Positions 23,849 to 32,047 of a DNA stretch of 64,000 nt are shown here, piece by piece (position 1 is the stretch's first letter; each line of letters starts with the position of its first letter). The notes under the pieces are model-generated. The model saw nothing but the letters and a program-made list of their open reading frames with translations, did no database searches and was not told the origin of the DNA. The stretch is from Verrucomicrobiia bacterium. GTDB lineage: Bacteria > Verrucomicrobiota > Verrucomicrobiia > Limisphaerales > DASXHY01. The position numbers were made by a program, and so were the translations under genes. The stretch lies in the NCBI GenBank assembly GCA_035552155.1, contig DASZLX010000018.1, positions 391,600 through 455,599 of the forward strand. The letters run 5' to 3'.

Positions 23849-25030
23849 ATGATTTTTAATACTTTCACGTATTTTATTTTGTTCCTCGTTCCGTCGGCGA
23901 TTCTCTTCCGACTGGTCCGCCCGGCCGCGCAGCCGTGGGTTTGCATCACGTTTGGAGCCAGCTTCTTCGTTTTTTTTTCGTTGACGCAGGTGGGCGGCGC
24001 GTTTGGCGCGGCGTGCCTGTTGATTTTCATCTGGGAAAGCATTTTCAGCCGCTTCTACAAGCAGGGCTCCGTGCTCTGCATCGTGGGCATCGTACAGACC
24101 ATTATATTTCTTATCATTTTCAAATACTGGAACTTTCTCACCGGGCTCGCTTTTGGAAGTCCGCAGCACAATCCGTTTTTCTGGGCGGGCGCATTTTTGC
24201 CGCTGGGGATTTCATTTTTCACCTTCGAATTCATTCATTACGCGGTGGACAGCTACCGCGGCACGACGCCGCCAGGTAAATTCCGCGAATACATGGCCTT
24301 CATTTTGTTTTTCCCGACGATGGTCGCGGGGCCGATCAAACGCTATCAAACTTTCCTGCCGAGCCTGCGTGAACCGAGCCTGGAATGGTCCAGTGATTGG
24401 CGCATCGGGATGACGCGCCTCCTGGTGGGTCTGGCAAAAAAATTCGCCATCGCCGACCTGATGACCGCATTTACAAATCATTTGAACCATGCCGACATTG
24501 CGAAGGCGCAGCGCTGGGTGCTGCCGCTCTGGGTGCTCGCCTACGGGATCAAAATTTATTTCGATTTTTCGGCCTACTCGGACATCGCCATCGGCTCGGC
24601 TCGATTGTTTGGCATGAAGGTGCCGGAAAATTTTGACTGGCCCTACGCCCGCACGAACATCGCCGAATTCTGGAAACACTGGCACATCTCGCTTTACCGC
24701 TGGCTGCTGGATTACGTTTTCATTCCACTCGGCGGCTCGCGCTGCAAGCCGCCGCGCGTGCTGGTCAATTTGCTGATCACGATGTTTTTGAGCGGGCTCT
24801 GGCACGGTGCCGGATTAAACTTCATTGCCTGGGGCCTGTGGCACGGTTTGTTGCTGGCGGTGCATCGCACCTGGTCCAAGTGGCGCGGCGCCCATCCGCA
24901 GCCGCCGTCGGTGTTTGGAACGCTGGCGGCTTGGGCAATTACTTTTGTCACCGTCAATCTCGGCTGGGCCTTCTTCTGCATGGACCTGCCCACGGCGGCA
25001 TTTTTCCTGAAACGACTTTTTTGCGGATAA
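23849..25030 (+). CDS. MBOAT-family membrane O-acyltransferase (AlgI/DltB/PatA-like)
   Basis: Polytopic membrane protein. Motifs GISFFTFEFIHYAVDSYRG, FILFFPTMVAGPIKRY and FWKHWHISLYRWLLDYVFIPLGG, with the conserved His in the WHIS block. Confidence 0.9.
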   Translation: MIFNTFTYFILFLVPSAILFRLVRPAAQPWVCITFGASFFVFFSLTQVGGAFGAACLLIFIWESIFSRFYKQGSVLCIVGIVQTIIFLIIFKYWNFLTGLAFGSPQHNPFFWAGAFLPLGISFFTFEFIHYAVDSYRGTTPPGKFREYMAFILFFPTMVAGPIKRYQTFLPSLREPSLEWSSDWRIGMTRLLVGLAKKFAIADLMTAFTNHLNHADIAKAQRWVLPLWVLAYGIKIYFDFSAYSDIAIGSARLFGMKVPENFDWPYARTNIAEFWKHWHISLYRWLLDYVFIPLGGSRCKPPRVLVNLLITMFLSGLWHGAGLNFIAWGLWHGLLLAVHRTWSKWRGAHPQPPSVFGTLAAWAITFVTVNLGWAFFCMDLPTAAFFLKRLFCG

Positions 25031-25037
25031 GAGAAAC

Positions 25038-25316
25038 ATGAACACGATTCAACATCAAAACCCCAACGCCGGAAATGCCGCTACGCCCGAAACCAGCCAG
25101 ATTCCGGAAAGATTTTTCGACACCCGCCCTATCACTGCTCTGCTCGCGTGGGTCAAAAGTGTATTCGACTATCTGGGCGGCAGCCGCGAGGAAGCACCGG
25201 CAGGCATGCCATTTCTCGCCTCACCGCTTTGGCTGGGAATTTGGTGGGGACTGATGATCGGCTTGATTTTGCTGTTTTGCGGTCAAACCTCGAAATTCAT
25301 CTACATCGACTTTTAG
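25038..25316 (+). CDS. Small single-pass membrane protein ending ...SKFIYIDF (hypothetical)
   Basis: 92 aa with a C-terminal TM helix (LWLGIWWGLMIGLILLFCG) followed by a QTSKFIYIDF tail. It sits between the MBOAT and SGNH-like genes with 7-nt and 1-nt gaps. Confidence 0.5.
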   Translation: MNTIQHQNPNAGNAATPETSQIPERFFDTRPITALLAWVKSVFDYLGGSREEAPAGMPFLASPLWLGIWWGLMIGLILLFCGQTSKFIYIDF

Positions 25317-25317
25317 G

Positions 25318-26331
25318 ATGAAAAAGAGGCTTTTTATTTCGGTTGGAATCGCGCTGGCCATCCTGCTGGCTTACAACATCGTTATTGCCATGGTGGCGAA
25401 GAAAACGCAGCGGCGGCATCTGTTGGCTGCCATTGAACATCTGCCGCCCGCCACCGATTGCATCTTCCTGGGAAATTCGCTGATGGAAGCAGGCGGCGAC
25501 GCGACGGTTTTTCAGGCGAGCTGGCCGCAAACCAACGCTTCGCCGTCGGCGGTAAATCTCGCCCTGGGCGCGACTACGCCGGTCGAGCATTACCTGATCT
25601 TGAAACAGGCATTCCGCCAGCCGGTTCACATCAAGTATGTCATCTATGGCTTTTTCGACGACCAACTGAATGCGGCCCCGGATGGAAAATGGGAGGATCT
25701 CATCGGGAACCGGGCGTTCTCATATTATTTTCCCCGCGAGGCGGCGGAGTTTTACACGCCCCATTCCCGGATCGGGGAATGGCGGCTGGAAGCAACGGAG
25801 CGCATTCCCATGGTTGCCGAGCGGTCATCACTTTGGGACCGGGTGGAATTGCTGCGCCGGCGTCTCGATGAAATCGGCATGCCGCCGCAGAAGGTGAATC
25901 GTTTTGGGCGTGTGGGGGATTTTAATGCGCTGGAAGCGAAGGACGTGCCGAGTTTCACGCAACGTTGCGAAGCCATTCTTCACGGGCAAAAAGGATTTTC
26001 AGCTCCGATCCAGGCCATGATTGACATGGCCCATCAACACGGCGCGGAATTTTTCTTCGTGGAAATGCCCATGTCGCCCCGGCATCGGGAAACGTTCTAC
26101 TCGCTGCCCGTCTGGCGGGAAATGCGCGCCCATTTGCAAGCCTTGGCGAGCCGGCAAAACACGACTTACATCATGGCCAGCGATTGGGTGCCTGAAGGGA
26201 CGAATTTTGAAGATACGGTGCATCTGAACGAACAAGGCGCGCGCTGCTTCAGCGCCCGGCTCGCCACGGCCTTGTCGCAAATGAAGCCCGAGAAACCAAA
26301 GCGCTTTCTGGCTGAGGCCGGAAAACACTGA
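25318..26331 (+). CDS. Membrane-anchored SGNH/GDSL-like protein (candidate periplasmic O-acyltransferase partner of the MBOAT)
   Basis: N-terminal TM anchor (LFISVGIALAILLAYNIVIAMV), a block-I-like CIFLGNSLMEAGG (Ser nucleophile context) and a block-V-like FEDTVHLNEQG (D-x-x-H). Confidence 0.5.
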   Translation: MKKRLFISVGIALAILLAYNIVIAMVAKKTQRRHLLAAIEHLPPATDCIFLGNSLMEAGGDATVFQASWPQTNASPSAVNLALGATTPVEHYLILKQAFRQPVHIKYVIYGFFDDQLNAAPDGKWEDLIGNRAFSYYFPREAAEFYTPHSRIGEWRLEATERIPMVAERSSLWDRVELLRRRLDEIGMPPQKVNRFGRVGDFNALEAKDVPSFTQRCEAILHGQKGFSAPIQAMIDMAHQHGAEFFFVEMPMSPRHRETFYSLPVWREMRAHLQALASRQNTTYIMASDWVPEGTNFEDTVHLNEQGARCFSARLATALSQMKPEKPKRFLAEAGKH

Positions 26332-26423
26332 TTGCGAGGTGGTTTCTCAGAGCATTTCAGATAGTCGCGAAATAAATCCTGGAGGCTTCACTGGGCCGCC
26401 CCATCTCTTAAAATGCTGTGGCC

Positions 26424-27239
26424 TCAATTCAACGGCGCCCGGCCTTCGGCCAAATCCGCGAACGAAATCACTTTGAGATCGCGTTGCGAGGCGAGGTATT
26501 CCGCGGTCTCATGCAGGCGTTGGATGAATTTGTGATTTGGACTTCCGCCCGCAAAGTATTCCCACCAGTGCGTGACGAGCACGGTGGTCTGGCGGCTGTT
26601 GATGGCGCGGATGATTTCATCGAGCATGGAATCCAAATTCCGTTGCGCGGAAAGCAGACAGCCCGGGTGCGAAAGCAAAACCGCGCCGCCCGCGCGCCAG
26701 TGAGCGGTGCCGCGCGTTTTCTTCGCTAAATACTTCGGCCACCAGGAATGAGGCAATCGTTGCAATTCGAACCATCCGCTGGAAATGACACGAAACCGTT
26801 TGGCCACCTCGCGATAACTGGCGCGGGAGAGCTTATCGTGGGGGGCGACGAACGTGACCGGATGCGGAAATCCCGCTTCCGTCAAGAGCCGCGTGCCGCG
26901 CTCCAGCCGGCTGGAAATTTCCGACGGCGACTGCATATCGAATTCAAAGCACTCGTGATGACATCCGTGTTGCACGATTTTGTAGCCGGGATTTCCCTGG
27001 AGATATCTTACCAGGTCCGGATTTTCGCCGATTGGAACCGTGGCAGCGCGCGTGCCATTCTTGGCGAACAAAAACCCCTCCGCCCTCCCCTCAGGCGTCA
27101 GCGCATTGGTCGCCACGTCCGGGATCATCGCAAGATTCACCGGGAGGTCGTGTGCCAGGAACGGGCGGTAAAGCCGTTCAAGGCATTCAACGGGCGTCAA
27201 CGCATTGGTGTCGTCGTCGCGCAGGATCACGTATCGCAT
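26424..27239 (-). CDS. Polysaccharide deacetylase-like protein (DUF2334/CE4-like)
   Basis: MRYVILRDDDTNALTP (Asp-Asp metal/catalytic motif near the N-terminus) and KIVQHGCHHECFEF (His cluster). The family call is tentative. Confidence 0.5.
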   Translation of the reverse strand: MRYVILRDDDTNALTPVECLERLYRPFLAHDLPVNLAMIPDVATNALTPEGRAEGFLFAKNGTRAATVPIGENPDLVRYLQGNPGYKIVQHGCHHECFEFDMQSPSEISSRLERGTRLLTEAGFPHPVTFVAPHDKLSRASYREVAKRFRVISSGWFELQRLPHSWWPKYLAKKTRGTAHWRAGGAVLLSHPGCLLSAQRNLDSMLDEIIRAINSRQTTVLVTHWWEYFAGGSPNHKFIQRLHETAEYLASQRDLKVISFADLAEGRAPLN

Positions 27240-28473
27240 TTTTTTCCTCGATTAACTCTTGGTAAAGGCCCTTCATCCGCGCCGCGAGCGCGCCGACGTC
27301 ATACTGCGCGTGCACTTCGGCATCGCCGCGCCGCAGCATGCGTTGGGCGGCGTCGGATTTTGAAAGCGCCTGCGCCAGCGGTTCATGAAAGGTCTCGGGC
27401 TTGTCCAGGTCAAACAACCAGCCATTCTGCCCATCCCGCACGAGCATGCACGCGCCGGAAGTGCGCGTGGACAAAACCATCGTGCCGGTGGCCCATGCTT
27501 CCAAAATGACGAGGCCGAAGGTTTCGGATTTGGATGGCAGCAACAGCACTTCCGCTTCCTGCAATAAACCGATCAAGCGCGGGTCGTTGGGGGGCAACCC
27601 TCCGGTCAGCAGCACGCGGTCCTCCAACCCGAGCACCCGAATCCGCTGCCGGAGCATCTCGCCGTAGGGCTCGTCCGTGCACGCGCCGGCCAGGACCAGC
27701 AGGGCGCGCGGATGTTTTTGAAAAATTGCGGGCGCCTGCTCCACCAGCCAGCCCTGATTTTTGACCGGGTCAATGCGGCCCACGCTGAGCAGCACTTGTC
27801 GGTCGCGAATTTGCGGAAACGCGGCCAATGCTTGTTCGCGGCAGTCTGGCTCGTAAACCTTCAGCGGCACGCCGTGAGGTTGAACCACCACGCGTTTGCC
27901 GGGATATTGTTCCCGCAAGAGGCGCGCTTCATTTTCGTTGCAAGTAATGATGGCGTCGGCATCGAACAACAATCGGCGCGATTGAAGAATCAATCCGAAG
28001 ATTTTTCCCCACTCCCAGCCTCCGACGGGCGTATTAAAATCCTTTTTCATCTGCGCCGGCAAATCCAGAACGCCGCCGTGAATCGTGACCACCAGCGGCA
28101 CATTGTGCCACCGCGCCGCCAGCCTTCCGATCCCGCCAATGCGTCCGAGCGCGTGGGTATGGACAATCGAAACGCCTCTTTCGCGCAGCAGCCGGGGCAA
28201 CAGATCCAGGGACATCAGGTTGCCTCCCACAGACACAATCTGGCGTCTGTGTTGTGATGAAATGCCGACGATGGGCATGAACGCACGGAAGCGCTTCACG
28301 CAGTGCCCGTCCGTCGCGAGCGGATCCCGAGCAGCCACGCCTGCGATACGCGGACTATAAACAACCGACTCGACATCGTGCTCGCGCAGTCCGGCGAAGA
28401 GACGCTGGATGGCGGTTTCCGTCCCCCCCCATTGCGAAGGATCGTATTTTCTGAGCAGGTGAACGGTGCGCAT
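27187..28473 (-). CDS. Glycosyltransferase family 4 (GT-B, 'group 1')
   Basis: ATG 28473 (MRTVHLLRKYDPSQWGGTETAIQRL...) starts 1 nt after the upstream stop. C-terminal GT4 motif LLPSKSETFGLVILEAWATGTMVLSTRTSG (E-x7-E). The track start at 28572 adds a Ser/Pro-rich leader that overlaps the upstream gene. The 3' end overlaps the next gene by 53 nt. Confidence 0.85.
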   Translation of the reverse strand: MRTVHLLRKYDPSQWGGTETAIQRLFAGLREHDVESVVYSPRIAGVAARDPLATDGHCVKRFRAFMPIVGISSQHRRQIVSVGGNLMSLDLLPRLLRERGVSIVHTHALGRIGGIGRLAARWHNVPLVVTIHGGVLDLPAQMKKDFNTPVGGWEWGKIFGLILQSRRLLFDADAIITCNENEARLLREQYPGKRVVVQPHGVPLKVYEPDCREQALAAFPQIRDRQVLLSVGRIDPVKNQGWLVEQAPAIFQKHPRALLVLAGACTDEPYGEMLRQRIRVLGLEDRVLLTGGLPPNDPRLIGLLQEAEVLLLPSKSETFGLVILEAWATGTMVLSTRTSGACMLVRDGQNGWLFDLDKPETFHEPLAQALSKSDAAQRMLRRGDAEVHAQYDVGALAARMKGLYQELIEEKNAIRDPARRRHQCVDAR

Positions 28474-28474
28474 A

Positions 28475-29986
28475 TCAGGCAAATGACGAACGACGGACGA
28501 CGAATGGGTCGTCCGGGTCCGACTCGGGCTCGGGTTCGGACTCGGGCTCGTCGACGATTTCCGCTTCTTCAAATTGAACTTCGTGATCCACTCTGGCTGG
28601 CCGCTTTCGATCGAGCTTTCGGAGGTAAATCAAACTGGCGAGGACGCCCAGCATGATATTGAACGTGAAAAAAATCGGAGTCTGGTGAAAAACCCATTCG
28701 GTCATGCTTTGGAAAAACGTTCCGCACATGCCGAAGAAAATTCCGATTCCGACCCGGCGCATGGGATCCGGGGTTCGCGGCCAGAGAAAGCTCGCGCCCA
28801 TCCACAGCCAGCGTATCCAAAGCACCGTGAACAGAGCGAGGCCGCCATAGCCCATCTCGCCCGCCGTGAGGGCCGCCAGGCTGTGCGCCGGCGCGGCCTG
28901 CGCGTCATCGATATTGCGCCCCGGTGGCACGACGTCGCTTGGTTTTTGGTCGGTGCCGTGGTACGGCACGAAGCGCCAGCCCAGCTTGGGGCCGTATTTA
29001 TCGCTCACCCAATAAGACCAGTTGTTTGGTCCCACGCCAAACCAGGAATCCTCCGCGATGGCCGCGGCGATGCGAATGTAATAGCCGCGATTCTGTTCGT
29101 GCTTGGCGCCGTATTCGTTCTTGAGACTGTCGTCTTTGAAACGCGCGCCGACAGTCTTCCACGATTTCGCGAGCGCACCCGCCATTCCCACCATCACGAG
29201 AAAAGTAATGAGAACCTTTTTAAAGGTTATCCGGTAGGAAATGGTGGTAACGGTCGCCGCAAATAACATGAGGATGATGGCAATCAGGCCGGCGCGGGAA
29301 ATGGTCAGAATCACGCCCACAAAGGCCACGGCAATCGCCGCAGCCCCGAGCAGCTTGAGTGATTTTGGAAATCGCGAGGTGATCACTGCTACAAAAACCG
29401 GCGCGGTCGTGCAGAGATACATGGAAAGGCTGTTCGAATCGTCCAAAGTCCCATACACCCGGTAAAGGCCATGAATATAACGCTGACTCAGCGCGACGAA
29501 TCCCTCATAACACACCACCACACCGAGAGCGAAAATAAACAGCCGCAGCTCACGCTCGCTGCGGAGATACAGGGCCGCCGCGAGAAACATGACCAGGCCC
29601 CGCAGCATTTTGGACAGCTCGAAGAGCCCGAAAAGTTTGGGATCGGCCATGCCGACACAAAACGACGCATACAAAAAATAAATCAACATGAGCCCCAAAC
29701 TGGCCGGCCAAAACCATCGCTTTTCACCCGGACGCGGTCGGAGAATGGCGCTCGCCAGGAGGCTTATGGAAATCACGTCCACGAATGACACTTCAAACCC
29801 GCAGGTGGTTCCGCGATACCAATCACGACTGACGAAATTGACGTCTATGTACTCCGTCACGGCCGAAAGCGTCACGATCAGAAAAAAGAATAAATCGCGG
29901 ATGCGTTGCGACAAACACGTCAGCACAATTCCCCCGCAAGCGCCGCAGGACAGCAGCCCGAATGCGATTAGGTCTTTCTTTTCCAT
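28475..29986 (-). CDS. O-antigen ligase / Wzy-type polymerase family membrane protein
   Basis: About 10-12 TM helices and the Wzy_C-like loop LTISRAGLIAIILMLFA. The large periplasmic loop contains H/R residues. The C-terminal tail is acidic (EEAEIVDEPESEPEPESDPDD). Confidence 0.75.
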   Translation of the reverse strand: MEKKDLIAFGLLSCGACGGIVLTCLSQRIRDLFFFLIVTLSAVTEYIDVNFVSRDWYRGTTCGFEVSFVDVISISLLASAILRPRPGEKRWFWPASLGLMLIYFLYASFCVGMADPKLFGLFELSKMLRGLVMFLAAALYLRSERELRLFIFALGVVVCYEGFVALSQRYIHGLYRVYGTLDDSNSLSMYLCTTAPVFVAVITSRFPKSLKLLGAAAIAVAFVGVILTISRAGLIAIILMLFAATVTTISYRITFKKVLITFLVMVGMAGALAKSWKTVGARFKDDSLKNEYGAKHEQNRGYYIRIAAAIAEDSWFGVGPNNWSYWVSDKYGPKLGWRFVPYHGTDQKPSDVVPPGRNIDDAQAAPAHSLAALTAGEMGYGGLALFTVLWIRWLWMGASFLWPRTPDPMRRVGIGIFFGMCGTFFQSMTEWVFHQTPIFFTFNIMLGVLASLIYLRKLDRKRPARVDHEVQFEEAEIVDEPESEPEPESDPDDPFVVRRSSFA

Positions 29987-30025
29987 CTCGAAACGATTTC
30001 GGCAACCGATGGCGGGTCTGGGATT

Positions 30026-31183
30026 TTACGAGACGTCGCCGGTGGCGCGCTCCAGCTCGAACTCTTTGAGACGTCCGCGCTCGGCGCGCGGCCAGTAGTC
30101 GGTCGCTCCTTTTTTGAGCGACGTGTAGGCCATGAAACTGGAAGCCAGCGCCACGAAAAATCCGGCCAGCGCCGCTGGAAAACAAGCCACCCGCCTGACC
30201 CAGCCCAACGGGGCGAGCCGTTTAAACCGGTGACTCAGCAGCCCCGGGTAAAGCTGCCAGCAGAACCGTGTGCGCCGCAGATGTTCCGCAATCAATTGTT
30301 TCAGCCAGTCCGGCTCCGCCTGCTCCTGTTCGCACAAGGCTTCGGCCAGTTTCAGGCGTTTCATCACCGGCAGCTTTCGCAAATAACCGTCCACGAGGAT
30401 GTGGACAATGGTTTGCCCTATCATCTGTCTTTTTTGGTTCTTGAGAATTCCCGCCGGCGAGACATACGCCTCGAAGGTGTGCGCGGCGTCAGCCGCCGAG
30501 ACTATCCGCCAGGGCCAGACCTGGTGCATGAGAAAATCTGTGCACACGAGCGCTTTGATAAATCCGTCGTCGCACGCGCAGAGGTCTTTGGGGAGGTAAA
30601 TATTCCGCGCGACCTCGGCGCGAATGCAATAAAGCTGCCCGCAAAGCTGCCCGGTGGCCGAGCCGGTCATTTGTGACGCGCCGAGCGACATCCGGTCCCA
30701 AAAACTTTTCTTTGCCTTGAAAGAAATGTCCTTGCGCGGCAAGTCCACCGAGACGCTGGCTTCCCGGTTTTTTTCCAGCGTGTCCACCATGTTCCACAGC
30801 GTCTCGCGGGGATGGATCAGGATATCCGCGTCCATGAGGAAAAGATATTTGGCGTCGCGCGCGGAAAATGAATGCACGAATTTGTTCCAGGCATTTATTT
30901 TTCCTCGCTGCGAAACATTCATGACGCGGCAGGAGAAATTCGCAGCGGCCGGATGTTCCCGGCTTTTCTGGGCGAAGATTTCCGACACCACTTCGGGCGT
31001 ACGATCGGTGCAGCCGTTGGTGACGCAGATAATTTCACAACGCTGCCCGCGGCTGCCGAGTTCGGCAAAAAGAGATTGTTGAAAAACGGATTCGAGCATG
31101 GCGCCAATGCCCTGTTCCTCGTTCCAGGCGATGATGCCGATGGAAACCAGGGGCGCCGCGGACGTAGCTGATTGTGTATTCAC
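30026..31183 (-). CDS. Glycosyltransferase family 2 (GT-A) with a C-terminal membrane-associated extension
   Basis: LVSIGIIAWNEEQGIGAMLESV, ICVTNGCTDRT and FLMDADILI (DxD). The start is uncertain: GTG 31183 (MNTQSATSAAPLVSIGII) fits the GT2 N-terminal spacing, while the open frame continues to TTG 31327. Confidence 0.8.
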   Translation of the reverse strand: MNTQSATSAAPLVSIGIIAWNEEQGIGAMLESVFQQSLFAELGSRGQRCEIICVTNGCTDRTPEVVSEIFAQKSREHPAAANFSCRVMNVSQRGKINAWNKFVHSFSARDAKYLFLMDADILIHPRETLWNMVDTLEKNREASVSVDLPRKDISFKAKKSFWDRMSLGASQMTGSATGQLCGQLYCIRAEVARNIYLPKDLCACDDGFIKALVCTDFLMHQVWPWRIVSAADAAHTFEAYVSPAGILKNQKRQMIGQTIVHILVDGYLRKLPVMKRLKLAEALCEQEQAEPDWLKQLIAEHLRRTRFCWQLYPGLLSHRFKRLAPLGWVRRVACFPAALAGFFVALASSFMAYTSLKKGATDYWPRAERGRLKEFELERATGDVS

Positions 31184-31382
31184 GACCGAGCCATCGTAGG
31201 CGCAACGGCGGGAGTTTGAAGTGGGCGAATACCCGATGGGAGGTGAGGGAACGGCCCCAAAAAAAAGCGGAACTTGGTATTCCCTTTTCCGCGCGATCCC
31301 TGGCCCTCGGGGTGAAAAAGCCGCCAATTTGCGGGGAAAACCCCATTTTTGACCGGCTGATTATCGTTCAAAATAGTTGACG

Positions 31383-31793
31383 ATGAAAAAGACGGCCTTA
31401 ACTCCAGCCGTTGTCCTGCTTTGGTTCTGGGCGTCCATTCTCGCGCCGCCTCACTCCGCACAGGCGGAACCGCTCAAGGCGCGACCGCAGCAAGGATTCG
31501 CTTCGTGGTACGGGGAGGAACACCGCGGGAAATTGATGGCCAACGGGCGGCCCTTCGATCCGGATAGATTCACCGCGGCCTCGTGGTTTTACCCGCTCGG
31601 GACGCGTGTGCGCGTGACCGTCAATGCTCCTCATTTCGAACCGCGCAGTGTGCTGGTGACCATCACGGATCGCGGTCCGGCCAAACGCCTGGTGCAGCAG
31701 GGCCGCGTCATCGACCTTGGCCACGCGGCGTTTCAAAAGCTTGCCCAGTCCGATCTCGGACTCGTGGAAGTGGTCGTGGAGCCCGTTCAGTAG
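31383..31793 (+). CDS. RlpA-like double-psi beta-barrel (DPBB) lipoprotein/secreted protein
   Basis: Signal peptide MKKTALTPAVVLLWFWASILAPPHSAQA. Motifs GFASWYGEEHRGKLMANGRPFDPDRFTAAS..PLGTRVRVT and VTITDRGP. Confidence 0.8.
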   Translation: MKKTALTPAVVLLWFWASILAPPHSAQAEPLKARPQQGFASWYGEEHRGKLMANGRPFDPDRFTAASWFYPLGTRVRVTVNAPHFEPRSVLVTITDRGPAKRLVQQGRVIDLGHAAFQKLAQSDLGLVEVVVEPVQ

Positions 31794-32047
31794 GACAGTT
31801 TTCCCGCACGGCAAAGGCGGCTCCCGTTTGCCGGGGGTTCGTTCAATGTTCTTCGCCGAATGATTTTGCACGCCGCCTTCCCAATGGCGTGAGAGGCTGA
31901 AACAGCGTGCGATCCAAAGCCAACTGCTCGCAAGCTTCGGGCCGCACCATTGACAGAAGCCTTTTGCGGCATTCATAATTGAAAATTCGGCAAACGATTC
32001 GACCCTTCCGAATGGGCTGACAATGGTTCGCCGCGAATCGCCAAACT

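Noticed and set aside
31794-32047. Possible tRNA or small RNA (ggttcgttcaat resembles a T-loop) and ORF 31843-32109 (-)
   Set aside because: No acceptor or anticodon stems can be folded around the T-loop-like string. The minus ORF is Cys/Arg-rich and overlaps the GH36 start. The region is more simply the RlpA-like terminator plus the GH36 promoter.
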